Source: an uncultured Enterobacteriaceae bacterium (lineage in GTDB: Bacteria; Desulfobacterota; Binatia; Bin18). Taken from it: DNA of 64,000 nucleotides. The notes below the pieces were generated by a model. That model searched no databases. It was not told the DNA's origin and worked only from the letters and a program-made list of their open reading frames with translations. Shown piece after piece: positions 18,703 through 28,155 of this stretch (position 1 is the first letter of the stretch; each line of letters starts with the position of its first letter). Location of the stretch: NCBI GenBank assembly GCA_964495015.1, contig CAZBUD010000014.1:7670-71669 (forward strand). Reading direction: 5' to 3'. The position numbers and the translations under genes are program-made.

Positions 18703-19029
18703 ATGCCGAAGCCGTGCTTGCCTGAAGCCTTTCGAGACCTTGAGCCCTGGCTGGCCTGGTCGCTGGCAACTGAACGTGAACGTAGCGCCAAACGGCAGTC
18801 CAGTACGATGCAAGAGATCAAGGCGTTTTATGGCGTTATGCTGGCCCGGATGGAAGCGATCCTGCCCTATTTGGAGCAGTTCCCGCCGGACAACGTCCCG
18901 CTACAGACTGAGCGCTTGTTTTATCTGACGTTGTCCTTAGCCGAGGTTGCTCCGGCAGCCGAGTTATACGGTCAGCCTGGTGTGGTCGACGGGTTCGATG
19001 TCTCCCGGTTTACGCCGGGCAGCGAGTAA
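18703..19029 (+). CDS. Hypothetical 108-aa protein coupled to the Rieske oxygenase
   Basis: ATG lies 4 nt after the oxygenase stop. Coding-like composition, no recognised motif. Confidence 0.55.
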   Translation: MPKPCLPEAFRDLEPWLAWSLATERERSAKRQSSTMQEIKAFYGVMLARMEAILPYLEQFPPDNVPLQTERLFYLTLSLAEVAPAAELYGQPGVVDGFDVSRFTPGSE

Positions 19030-19094
19030 ATGGCGCAGTCTCTACAATTCCGCTTGAGACAGGACAACCCCCCAGTCGCTATTACTACCCTGCA

Positions 19095-20012
19095 TTACTC
19101 TGCCTGTCGTCGGATCAGCTCCGCATAACAGTAGACCAACGCCAGCCCGCGATAGGGGCGCCAACGTTCGGCAAAGTTGCGCATCTCGGATTCGGTGGCC
19201 TTTTCCTTTTTACCCAGCATTCCTTGAGCCAGATATTTGACCACACCGAGATCGCCACCCGGAAAAGCATCATTCCGGGCCAGCCCTCGCATAAGCGCGG
19301 TCTCGGCTGACCAACGGCCTATGCCTTTTATTTGGATGAGTTGTTCAATGGCTGCTTCATCCGGCAGTTGAGCAATTTCGCTCTGATTCAAGGCTCCGGA
19401 AGCAAATGCTCTCCCGAGGCGAACGAGGGTGCCGGCCTTTGCTCCGCTCAAGCGAAACCGACGCAGGCCGTCTTGGGTCTCTTGCGCAAAACGTCGAGGC
19501 CCAGGAAAGGTGTAAAACGTCTGTCCCTGAGAGCGCCACTTTCTGCCGAAGGTTTCAACTAGTTCCTTTTTGATTGAATAGGCAAAAGTAAGATTCACCT
19601 GTTGCGCCAGAACGGCCACCACTAACGCTTCAAACAGAGTCGGACTGGATGTAATACGCAGCCCTCGAAATCGTGTAGCACCCTGCGCCAGAAGATCGTC
19701 TTTACGGACTAGCCGATAGAACGGCTTGAGATCGAAATCGGTACACAGAATGTGGCGGAGTTGGACTGCAAACTCTGGCCGTTTGAGATCGGTCTTTGGT
19801 GGTCCCGTTAGTACGACGTGAAGCTGTGGTTTCGCAACCGTGCCCGTATTCGTTACCGTCGCCAGGGCTAATTGTCTGCCTACTGCCAGCAGCCGCTGAT
19901 AGCGATTGCCGTGAACGAGATCAATGAGTTCAGTGTCAAATCGTAGGAAACGGGCGACAGTCAGAGCAAAAGAATAGGGCGCTTTGGGGCTGATGGCGAA
20001 GGACAGGGTCAT
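19095..20012 (-). CDS. alkA: DNA-3-methyladenine glycosylase II (AlkA-like, HhH-GPD)
   Basis: HhH-GPD signature LIQIKGIGRWSAETALMRGL...FPGGDLGV. Confidence 0.8.
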   Translation of the reverse strand: MTLSFAISPKAPYSFALTVARFLRFDTELIDLVHGNRYQRLLAVGRQLALATVTNTGTVAKPQLHVVLTGPPKTDLKRPEFAVQLRHILCTDFDLKPFYRLVRKDDLLAQGATRFRGLRITSSPTLFEALVVAVLAQQVNLTFAYSIKKELVETFGRKWRSQGQTFYTFPGPRRFAQETQDGLRRFRLSGAKAGTLVRLGRAFASGALNQSEIAQLPDEAAIEQLIQIKGIGRWSAETALMRGLARNDAFPGGDLGVVKYLAQGMLGKKEKATESEMRNFAERWRPYRGLALVYCYAELIRRQAE

Positions 20013-20033
20013 AGTGCTGCGCCCAATCCCTTC

Positions 20034-21266
20034 TTAAATCACGTCCCCTTCTCTGAGCTTGGCTACGTCTTCCCACGAATAATCGAGGAGTTCAGTGAGA
20101 ATGAGTTCCGTGTGTTCGCCAAATTCCGGAGCTGCCCCCTTGGGGTCGCCTGGAGTTTTACTCAAGCGCACGGGCACCCCCACAACCTGGGTCTTACCGA
20201 GGCGTGGATGGTCGTAATCGACGATGTACTCGTTGACGGTCATCTGTTCATCGTTGGGAAGGTCAGAGATAGTGTTTACAACAGTGTAAATGAAATCTCC
20301 GCCATCCTTGAGCGCTTTCATCCATGCGTCCCGAGGCTTGGAAGCAAATGCCGGGTCCAGAATAAGCATCAAGTCTTTTGCGTTCTCCGCCCGACTGCCC
20401 ATGGTCGCAAAACGTGCATCGTCTATGAGGTGCTCGACGCCCAGGACCTTGCAGAAATCCGACCAGTAGCGGTCCTGTTGGGGCATGGCCAGACAGATCC
20501 ACTTGCCATCCTCACATTTGTAATGGTTCCAGAGTGGGCTGGGCGCGGCTGCACGCGGCATGCGTTTAAACTCTTTGCCTAAGATTGTTTGACACGCCAC
20601 GTTGAGTCCCTGCAGCGCGGTCATACTGCCAAGATGGGAGGTATCGACTTCTTGGCCCATGCCATATTTGTCGCGGGCGAGCAGAGCTGCCATGACACCA
20701 TAGGCCAGCATGATAGCGCCCATCTGATCGGCGATGCCTCCGGCAATGCTGAGTGGTTCCATATCGGGCTCACCAACTACAGTCATGATACCCGAGCGAG
20801 CCAGGCCCATATAGTCAAACGATGGTTCGCCAGAATCTGGCCCAAACGGGCCGTAGCCAGTAGCACTGGCGTAGATGATCTTGGGGTTGTACTTGGTAAA
20901 AGTCTGATAATCGAGGCCGAGTCTTCCCCCTACGCCCTTCCGAAAGTTCTGGACAAAGACATCGGATTTTTCGATCAATTTGTAGACGATCTCCTTTGCC
21001 TCGGGTTTTTTGAGATCAAGGGTCAGACTTTTCTTGTGCCGGTTGTTGGCCTCGAAATAAAAATTGGGGCCACTCGTCGCCCCAATCAATGCCCCAGCAA
21101 TGCTGAGGACTCCACGGCCTGGGTCGCCTCCTACGCGTTCTTCAATCTTGATGACTTCGGCGCCCAAGTCAGCCAACATCATCGTTGATACGGGCCCCTG
21201 CTGCCAAATTGTCCAGTCAATGATACGGACTCCATCCAGTGGTTTATTCACGGCCTCCCCTCCCAT
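20034..21266 (-). CDS. Family III CoA-transferase (CaiB/BaiF)
   Basis: PLDGVRIIDWT...GPVSTMMLADLGAEVIKIE N-terminal signature. Confidence 0.85.
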   Translation of the reverse strand: MGGEAVNKPLDGVRIIDWTIWQQGPVSTMMLADLGAEVIKIEERVGGDPGRGVLSIAGALIGATSGPNFYFEANNRHKKSLTLDLKKPEAKEIVYKLIEKSDVFVQNFRKGVGGRLGLDYQTFTKYNPKIIYASATGYGPFGPDSGEPSFDYMGLARSGIMTVVGEPDMEPLSIAGGIADQMGAIMLAYGVMAALLARDKYGMGQEVDTSHLGSMTALQGLNVACQTILGKEFKRMPRAAAPSPLWNHYKCEDGKWICLAMPQQDRYWSDFCKVLGVEHLIDDARFATMGSRAENAKDLMLILDPAFASKPRDAWMKALKDGGDFIYTVVNTISDLPNDEQMTVNEYIVDYDHPRLGKTQVVGVPVRLSKTPGDPKGAAPEFGEHTELILTELLDYSWEDVAKLREGDVI

Positions 21267-21446
21267 GGAATGCTTGAGGTGAGCGGACTGTAACACAGGC
21301 TGGCCTTAGAACAAAGGAAGCACATTGGCGGGAGAGGCTAATCTGAACGAACGTTCACTCCGGTTACTCTTTCCCATTAGTCTTGCCCAGTCAGACAGAA
21401 GACGGTATAGAGGAGCGGTTTACGGAACACGGGAGTATACACAACC

Positions 21447-22124
21447 ATGCGTATTGATTTTCATGTTCACACTACACGCGGCAGCTCTGACAGTAACCTG
21501 GATCCCTTTGCCATGATTGATCAGGCCCAGAAAGTCGGCCTCGAGGGCATTTGCATCACGGAACACGATAACGCCTGGGTGGATGCGGAAATCGAGGCCT
21601 ATGCGCGTGAACGTGGGGTCACTTTGTTTCTCGGCATTGAAGTCACTACGGAATGGGGCCATGTGGGGACCTTTGGCCTCGACCGCTATGTTGGTGGTAT
21701 TTATAAGGTCAAAGAACTACGGCGCATCATTGACGACGTCGATGGCTTTTTGATTGCGAATCATCCATTTCGTTACAAGCTCGATCCGCGGTTTCAGTTC
21801 ATCCATAAAACGCCTCCTATAGACCTGGACGATCCGCAATCTGGCAGCAAGGCGCTTGAAGTGCTGGAGTATGTCGACGCCATCGAAGTCGTCAACGGGG
21901 CCTGCTCAGAAGAAGAAAATCGCTACGCTCAAGCGGTTGCCGAGCTTGTCGGATGCAAGCGGGTTGGGGGGAGTGACAGTCACTCGGCACCTTCGATCGG
22001 TTGTGCGGTGACCGTCTTTGAACGGTCCATTTCTACGACACGTGAGCTGATCGATGAATTAAGGGCCGGGAACTATCAGACTGGCCAGGGTTTGAACACC
22101 GGTCAGATGCAGCTATTTCCGTAG
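21447..22124 (+). CDS. PHP-domain metal-dependent phosphoesterase
   Basis: MRIDFHVHTTRGSSDS...ICITEHDN...GGSDSHS histidine-rich PHP motifs. Confidence 0.8.
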   Translation: MRIDFHVHTTRGSSDSNLDPFAMIDQAQKVGLEGICITEHDNAWVDAEIEAYARERGVTLFLGIEVTTEWGHVGTFGLDRYVGGIYKVKELRRIIDDVDGFLIANHPFRYKLDPRFQFIHKTPPIDLDDPQSGSKALEVLEYVDAIEVVNGACSEEENRYAQAVAELVGCKRVGGSDSHSAPSIGCAVTVFERSISTTRELIDELRAGNYQTGQGLNTGQMQLFP

Positions 22125-22258
22125 AAGCTATTGTAAAACCTACGACCCTTGCTCGCGACAATTTTCTAATAGATTCTCTGTCGCTACGGGCTCCTTATCC
22201 AGAGTTGACACGGCTGTGTCTCCTAGCCAACAATAAACCTCGGAAACACGACGATACC

Positions 22259-23053
22259 ATGACACGACCAAAAGCCTTAACCATTGCTGGATCCGATAGT
22301 GGTGGGGGGGCCGGCATCCAAGCCGACCTCAAGACCTTTATGGCTCGCGGGGTTTACGGCATGAGTGTGCTGACCGCAGTCACGGCCCAAAATACGCTCG
22401 GAGTCCAGGCTGTCGTAGAACTAGCGCCAGACTTTGTCGGCCAAGAGTTTGACAGTGTCCTCAGCGATATCCAAACTCATGCGGCCAAGACCGGCATGCT
22501 GTCCTCAATTTCGCTTGTGGACATAGTGAGTCGGAAGGTCGAGGAGTATGCCGTCCGTCAGCTCGTCGTCGATCCTGTCATGGTTGCCAAGGGGGGTCAC
22601 GCCTTGCTACGCGAAGAGGCCAGGCAAGCGCTGACCGATAAATTGCTGCCGCTGGCGCTTATTGTGACACCAAACCTGTTTGAGGCGGGACTGCTTGCTG
22701 AAATGGATGTCCATGATCGTCCAAGTATGGAAGAGGCGGCTCGTCGGATTAAAGCCTTAGGTCCAGCGTATGTTGTCATCAAGGGCGGTCATCTCGAAGA
22801 AGACGCCTGTGACCTGCTTTTTGACGGGACGGTCTTTCGCGCATACTCGTGCCGGAAAATCGAAACGGTGTGTACACATGGTGCTGGGTGTACTTTCTCC
22901 GCAGCTATTACTGCCGAGCTAGCCAAAGGTGCAGCGGTGGAGGACGCCGTCGCTCAGGCAAAAGATTTTGTGACCCGTGCGATTACTGCCGGGTTTCGAA
23001 TCGGGCAGGGGCATGCTCCGCTCAATCATCGAGTCGATTTGTGCTTTGCCTAA
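22259..23053 (+). CDS. thiD: Hydroxymethylpyrimidine/phosphomethylpyrimidine kinase
   Basis: [23 protein letters not shown]-terminus and a [12 protein letters not shown] anion-hole motif. Confidence 0.9.
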   Translation: MTRPKALTIAGSDSGGGAGIQADLKTFMARGVYGMSVLTAVTAQNTLGVQAVVELAPDFVGQEFDSVLSDIQTHAAKTGMLSSISLVDIVSRKVEEYAVRQLVVDPVMVAKGGHALLREEARQALTDKLLPLALIVTPNLFEAGLLAEMDVHDRPSMEEAARRIKALGPAYVVIKGGHLEEDACDLLFDGTVFRAYSCRKIETVCTHGAGCTFSAAITAELAKGAAVEDAVAQAKDFVTRAITAGFRIGQGHAPLNHRVDLCFA

Positions 23054-23149
23054 TTTAGTTGATCTGGCTTAATTTGGCACAATTAAGGTGCTCATTCCAG
23101 CCTTACGCATGATATTCGTGCCTTGTGGCCTGCCGAGGCCTCGGATACA

Positions 23150-25618
23150 ATGCGCGCGGACTATTGTATGGATGGAGTTCCGAAAACATCTCGGGCGAAG
23201 CGTCGCCCTACCAAAAAGCGAACGAAAGCCGCTGCACAGCCGGAAACTCGTTCCGAAAAACAGGCCGGCCTGCGCCTGCTGGAGGATATTGATGCCCTGC
23301 TGTCTCGATCTCACGATCTGCAGGACACTCTCCAGGACATCACAAAAATTATTGCGCAGCGGATGGGCACGGATGTATGTTCTCTCTACCTCTTAGATAC
23401 AAAAGGTGGACGGCTGACCTTATGGGCGACGATGGGTCTGGACCAGACCGCAGTCGGTAAGGTGAGCATGGATAAGCATGAGGGGTTGACTGGGCTCGTG
23501 GTCGAGCTGGGTGAGCACGTTGCGGTTTTGGATACCATGACGCATGCTCGGAATAAATATTTTCCGGAGACCGGAGAGGAACGCTTCCATTCATTTCTCG
23601 GTCTGCCCGTGATTGAAAAACGAAACGTACTCGGTGCGCTCGTCGTCCAGAGTCGGAGCCGCCGCCGCTTTTCCCGCACGGAAATTCGTTTACTCAAAAC
23701 GATCGTGACTCAGGTTGCTGGGGTGATTGTTCAAGCCCGACTGCCGGAAAAGTTAGAAACGAAAGAACGTGAACGCCAAGACTACCGGGCGCGCATGCTT
23801 GAAGCCATCATGCGTCCCAGCGCGTACGAGCGTAAACGTGAGCAACAGACGCGGGCAAAAGGGCGCACGAGTCGTCTGCGTCTCACGGGCGTGGGTGCTT
23901 CGCCCGGAGTCGGATCTGGTCAGGCACATCTGGTGCATCCGCCTGTGCGTCTTGACGCACTAGAAGAGTGCCATCAGGAAAATCCTGATGCGGAACTCCA
24001 ACATCTGTCTATGGCTATCGAGCAGTCGGTCGCAGAGATTGATGCACTGAAAGAGCGGGTGCAGGAACGCTTGCCGGAGATTGATCGAGCGATTTTCGAC
24101 GTCCACCGTATGATGCTGGAAGACCCGGAGTTTATCGGAAAAATCGAGGCCCTGATCCGGCAGAACTATGCGGCTGACACCGCGCTCAAGAAGGTTATCG
24201 AAGAGTATGTCGAAACGTTGGAGCGCGCAGGTAGTGAGCACTTGCGCGACCGGGGGACGGATGTGCGCGATATCGGCCAACGGGTGCTGCGCCATCTGCT
24301 CGGCCTTGAGGAGAAAATAGGGCCAAAAGGCGAGAACTTGATTCTCGTTGCTGACGAGCTGTCGCTGTCTGACCTCTGCCGCGTAGACCACAGCCAGCTC
24401 AAAGGGGTAGTGCTGGCCAACGGGGGGGCCACCTCGCATACATCCATTCTTGCGAAATCATTTGAAATCCCAACCGTCGTCGGTGTCGAACACGCGGCGT
24501 TGATCCAACAAGGTGACGCTGTGATCGTTGATGGAAATGCCGGAGTAGCCTACGTGAATCCCGGCGCTGAAGTCGTACGTGAATACAGTCGTTTCGATCG
24601 TCAGTATCGTGCGTTTAATCGTAATCTCGAAGAGATCCACGACCTGGCTGCTGAAACGCTAGACGAGGTGCGCATCACTCTTGGGGCCAATGTCGGGTTG
24701 CTGAGTGACATCGACTTTGCTCATCGTCATGGAGCGGAAGGCGTCGGGCTGTATCGGACGGAAGTCCCATTCCTCACGTATAGTGATTTCCCCAGCGAAG
24801 AGGCCCAGTTGGCTCTGTATCAACGGGTCTTGACTGGGATGAGGGGGCAACCGGTCACGATCCGGACCTTGGATCTCGGTCCGGACAAATATCCCTCCTA
24901 TATGAAGCTTCCGCAAGAAGATAATCCATTCTTAGGCTGGCGTTCCATTCGTATCTCTTTAGAGATGGCGGATCTCTTTAAAGTCCAACTGCGGGCTATC
25001 CTCCAGGCGGGCGTGCATGGGCCGGTCCACATTTTATTCCCTATGATATCCAGCGTCGAAGAATTGCTCCAAGTCAAAGAACTCTTGGAACAAGCCAAGG
25101 ATGAGTTACGTCAGGAAGGCAAGGCGTTTGATCCCTATATGCCGATCGGCATGATGGTCGAGGTGCCTGCGGCCGTCTGGTTAGCGGATCGTCTGGCCCA
25201 AGAGGTCGATTTCTTTAGTATTGGTACGAATGATCTGATTCAATATCTGCTAGCGGTTGATCGAAATAACCGCAAAGTGGCCTCTTTGTATGAGCCCCTC
25301 CACCCTGCCGTGTTGAAGGCGATTTCTACCACAGTTCAGTCCGCCAAACGCGCCGGCAAACGGGTGAGCCTGTGTGGGGAGATGGCCGCTGATCCGCTGT
25401 GTACCTTGCTTTTACTTGGGATGGGGCTTGATGAACTCAGCATGGAAGCCTTCTTTGTGCCTGTTATTAAGCGTGTCATCCGTTCGTTGTCCTATGCTGA
25501 ATCCCAGGCTTTAACCCAGGAAATCCTGCAGTTGGGCACTGTCCGCGAAGTCAAAGGGCAGCTTTTCTCCGCGCTCAAACAACTCGATATGATCGAACTG
25601 GTTGAGATGTACCATTAG
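23150..25618 (+). CDS. ptsP: Phosphoenolpyruvate--protein phosphotransferase with N-terminal GAF domain (EI-Ntr)
   Basis: GAF region (DVCSLYLLDTKGGRLTLWATMGL), a phosphohistidine region (GGATSHTSILAKS), and a PEP-utilising TIM barrel (SIGTNDLIQY). Start uncertain (TTG 23123, ATG 23150 or ATG 23168). Confidence 0.9.
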   Translation: MRADYCMDGVPKTSRAKRRPTKKRTKAAAQPETRSEKQAGLRLLEDIDALLSRSHDLQDTLQDITKIIAQRMGTDVCSLYLLDTKGGRLTLWATMGLDQTAVGKVSMDKHEGLTGLVVELGEHVAVLDTMTHARNKYFPETGEERFHSFLGLPVIEKRNVLGALVVQSRSRRRFSRTEIRLLKTIVTQVAGVIVQARLPEKLETKERERQDYRARMLEAIMRPSAYERKREQQTRAKGRTSRLRLTGVGASPGVGSGQAHLVHPPVRLDALEECHQENPDAELQHLSMAIEQSVAEIDALKERVQERLPEIDRAIFDVHRMMLEDPEFIGKIEALIRQNYAADTALKKVIEEYVETLERAGSEHLRDRGTDVRDIGQRVLRHLLGLEEKIGPKGENLILVADELSLSDLCRVDHSQLKGVVLANGGATSHTSILAKSFEIPTVVGVEHAALIQQGDAVIVDGNAGVAYVNPGAEVVREYSRFDRQYRAFNRNLEEIHDLAAETLDEVRITLGANVGLLSDIDFAHRHGAEGVGLYRTEVPFLTYSDFPSEEAQLALYQRVLTGMRGQPVTIRTLDLGPDKYPSYMKLPQEDNPFLGWRSIRISLEMADLFKVQLRAILQAGVHGPVHILFPMISSVEELLQVKELLEQAKDELRQEGKAFDPYMPIGMMVEVPAAVWLADRLAQEVDFFSIGTNDLIQYLLAVDRNNRKVASLYEPLHPAVLKAISTTVQSAKRAGKRVSLCGEMAADPLCTLLLLGMGLDELSMEAFFVPVIKRVIRSLSYAESQALTQEILQLGTVREVKGQLFSALKQLDMIELVEMYH

Positions 25619-25652
25619 ATTTTTTGAACTTCACTATTTTTGCCTGATTTTA

Positions 25653-25681
25653 TTGACAATTTGGTAAGTGACGGATAAAGG
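25653..25681 (+). promoter_or_regulatory. Candidate sigma70-type promoter in the ptsP-hup spacer
   Basis: Perfect TTGACA at 25653-25658, followed 15-17 nt later by GATAAAGG. The -10 element is weak or ambiguous. Confidence 0.3.
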
Positions 25682-26054
25682 TTGAGCGATGGAGAGTATG
25701 CGGGCCCGCATGGCTCATGCTCGGGCTGATAGCGACCGCGCGTTGCGTCTAGCCTCAGGCAGCTGTGGCACGAGGTCGAGATCTCCAACGTCCCTGATGC
25801 GACGCAGTCAAGGAGAGCACCTGGTCTGATATTAGTCCAATCCTGTTATGCTCCTGCTGCTCTCCGCTATCTCTGGTGTTAGGAATATGATGTCACAGGT
25901 TGTTAATATGGAGGTAACGAGAGGAGGCTGTCAAGAAAAGAAGTGACCTAGAAGAGTAGGTAGGTGGTGAGTCGTGGGGCATCTGATCGACGGATCCTTC
26001 GGCGGCTTGATGAGGGACGCTATAGAAAACCCTAGAGGTAAGGAGGTTGGTATT

Positions 26055-26348
26055 ATGACAAAATCGGAAATGGTCAAAAAGCTCGCTGAGACGTGGGGCG
26101 ACATCCCGAACCGCCAGGCAGCCGAGAACCTGGATAACTTTGTTGCGTTTATTACCAAGACGGTGAAGAAAGACAAAGAGCTCAAAATCCCGAATTTGGG
26201 GACCTTCCGTCTGCGTCAGTTAAAAGCGAGAACCGGACGAAACCCGCAAACCGGGGAGCCGCTCAAAATTCCGGCTCGAAAAAAAGTGGCCTTCACCGCA
26301 ACAAAAGTTTTTAAAGAATCAATTCTCGGCGTAAAAAAGAAAAAATAG
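26055..26348 (+). CDS. hup: HU family DNA-binding protein
   Basis: MTKSEMVKKLAE...RTGRNPQTGEPLKIPARKKVAFTA arm motif. AGGAGG RBS 8 nt upstream. Confidence 0.9.
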   Translation: MTKSEMVKKLAETWGDIPNRQAAENLDNFVAFITKTVKKDKELKIPNLGTFRLRQLKARTGRNPQTGEPLKIPARKKVAFTATKVFKESILGVKKKK

Positions 26349-26419
26349 CGCGCACGGAGATTTATATACCTGGTGCATGGGTAGTTCCCATCTCCTTTCT
26401 CTACCCTCGTCTAGGTCTT

Positions 26420-26452
26420 AGAAGGGGCGTCATACGACGCCCCTTCTTTCTT
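26420..26452 (+). terminator. Rho-independent terminator after hup
   Basis: AGAAGGGGCGTC-ATAC-GACGCCCCTTCT, followed by TTCTT. Confidence 0.75.
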
Positions 26453-26483
26453 GCACGGTCCGTGAAAGGTGCAGTGTTTGCGT

Positions 26484-27125
26484 ATGGGCTACGCTGTAAA
26501 AGAAATTTTTTATACCCTGCAGGGCGAAGGGGCTCATACCGGCCGACCGGCCGTGTTCTGTCGTTTTTCCGGGTGTAATTTATGGTCCGGTCTAAAACAG
26601 GACAGGGCTTCAGCCGTGTGTCAGTTTTGCGATACTGATTTTGTCGGTGTCGACGGTCCTGGGGGAGGGCGTTTCGTCTCCGCTCAGGAGTTGGCGGGTG
26701 CCGTTGCTGCCAAATGGCCGGCACACTATGCGACAGCGGCGTCGCCGTTTGTGGTGTGCACGGGCGGTGAGCCACTGCTTCAGCTAGATGAAGATCTTAT
26801 TGAAGCATTGCATGCCCAAGGATTCGCGGTTGCGATTGAAACAAATGGCACTATCTCTCCTCCACCCGGAATTGATTGGATCTGTGTCAGCCCTAAGGCC
26901 GGGGCGGAACTCGTGCTCAAGAACGGCAGCGAACTCAAGCTTGTCTTTCCGCAACCGGGGGCAGAGCCAGAACAGTTTGCACACCTCCAGTTCCAACACT
27001 TCTTCCTCCAGCCTATGGATGGTCAGAATCGGGCATACAACACGCAAGCGGCGCTCGGCTATTGCCTCGAACATCCGCGTTGGCGGCTCAGTCTGCAAAC
27101 CCATAAATTGTTAGGAATCCCGTGA
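26484..27125 (+). CDS. queE: 7-carboxy-7-deazaguanine synthase (radical SAM)
   Basis: EIFYTLQGEGAHTGRPAVFCRFSGCNLWSG N-terminus, typical of QueE. Confidence 0.9.
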   Translation: MGYAVKEIFYTLQGEGAHTGRPAVFCRFSGCNLWSGLKQDRASAVCQFCDTDFVGVDGPGGGRFVSAQELAGAVAAKWPAHYATAASPFVVCTGGEPLLQLDEDLIEALHAQGFAVAIETNGTISPPPGIDWICVSPKAGAELVLKNGSELKLVFPQPGAEPEQFAHLQFQHFFLQPMDGQNRAYNTQAALGYCLEHPRWRLSLQTHKLLGIP

Positions 27126-27163
27126 GCGAGAATCTCATGCAAGCCGCCGTCTGAGGGCCCATA

Positions 27164-27940
27164 GTGAAAAAAGATCAGACCCCACAGGAGAAGCTCTTAC
27201 AGCTCGCTACACGCCAAGCTGCGCAACAAGGAAAAAGCGTTGCCCGATATTTGCGAGAGCTGCAGGCCGCGTTTGCTCGTCAAGAGCGTGAAGAGAAAGA
27301 CGCGCCACGCCGCACTGCGCCCTCGCAACAAAAGACTCGTGAGAAATATGTAACCCTCACACGTGGAGAGGTTGCGCGGCTGTTTGCCCAGATGACCGAT
27401 GAGCGTGATCGGGTGCTGTTTGCTGCGATGTATTATTTCGGACTGCGAGCTTCGGAGGTGGGACTCTTACGGCGCGAGCACGTCAACTTCACGACGCGCC
27501 AGATTCACATTCCTCGATTGAAGAGTGGCGTGGCTGGCGAGAAAGTCATGACCACCGAGTATCTGCGGCTCCTGCGCGACTATGTCGGAAATCGGACTGA
27601 TGGCCTTCCCTATCTTTTTCCTTCGCGCAACGCGCGGCCAGTGAGCCGCCAGCGTATCGATCGGCTGTTTCGGATGTATGCCGAACAGGCAAACATTTCA
27701 CTCCATAAGCGCCACAGTCACTGTCTTCGCCACTCGATCGCGGCTCATCTCCTAGATGCCGGGCATACCCTTGAAGACGTGCAGGATCATCTCGGACACA
27801 AATCCATTCACTCAACAGTCGTGTATAGCAAAGTATCCTCATCATCCCCGCCTAAGCGCAAACCCATCACGATTCGCATTCAACACTCTTGGATCTCTGG
27901 AACGGTCGTCCGTGTGACAAAGAAGCCGGAGCACAGCTAA
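27164..27940 (+). CDS. Tyrosine-type site-specific recombinase/integrase (short, 258 aa)
   Basis: Catalytic residues are present: GLRASE (R), HCLRHS (H-x-x-R), LGHKS (H), VVYSKV (Y). GTG start with a GAGGG RBS. The N-terminal ~60 aa are charged and low-complexity rather than a core-binding domain. Confidence 0.85.
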   Translation: MKKDQTPQEKLLQLATRQAAQQGKSVARYLRELQAAFARQEREEKDAPRRTAPSQQKTREKYVTLTRGEVARLFAQMTDERDRVLFAAMYYFGLRASEVGLLRREHVNFTTRQIHIPRLKSGVAGEKVMTTEYLRLLRDYVGNRTDGLPYLFPSRNARPVSRQRIDRLFRMYAEQANISLHKRHSHCLRHSIAAHLLDAGHTLEDVQDHLGHKSIHSTVVYSKVSSSSPPKRKPITIRIQHSWISGTVVRVTKKPEHS

Positions 27941-28083
27941 GAAGCCGTTGAAAAACCTACTGCGCTTGGGATATTGACGTTGCTCGGCGCCCCGGAATCC
28001 TCATGTACTCGCCCGCACACTCCGGTTTCGTACGTCATCGCGTCTTGGTTTCCCGGCGCTCGCGACAGCTTTTCAACAACTTC
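27941..28083. repeat. MITE/REP-like element bounded by 14-bp imperfect inverted repeats
   Basis: GAAGCCGTTGAAAA (27941-27954) against TTTTCAACAACTTC (28070-28083) matches 12/14. GC-rich internal complementary segments are present (TGACGT/ACGTCA, CCGGA/TCCGG). It starts right after the integrase stop codon. Confidence 0.5.
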
Positions 28084-28155
28084 TAAGACGCTGGTGCCCT
28101 AGAGCCGTGAACAGTCATCGTTTTTCTCAACGAGTCAATATTTTTATTATGACCT

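Noticed and set aside
22125-22258. An expected TPP riboswitch upstream of thiD. I also looked for ZTP/THF riboswitches upstream of fhs (14438-14626) and a preQ1 riboswitch upstream of queE (26349-26483).
   Set aside because: None of the hallmark cores are present in these leaders (CUGAGA/ACCUGA for TPP, CCGCCUGGGC-type for ZTP, the preQ1 A-rich tail with a short hairpin).
23075-23092. A TGGCAC...TGCT sigma54-like promoter upstream of ptsP. A second TGGCAC lies at 25766-25771.
   Set aside because: At 23075 the GG-to-GC spacing is two nucleotides longer than the consensus TGGCAC-N5-TTGC. At 25766 there is no TTGC-like -12 element at all.
25685-25875. Assigning the structured ptsP-hup spacer RNA as 6S RNA.
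   Set aside because: The length and closed ends fit. However, the pairings I can draw give a branched fold rather than the long irregular helix with a central bubble, and I cannot verify the conserved 6S features by eye. It is kept only as an unclassified candidate.
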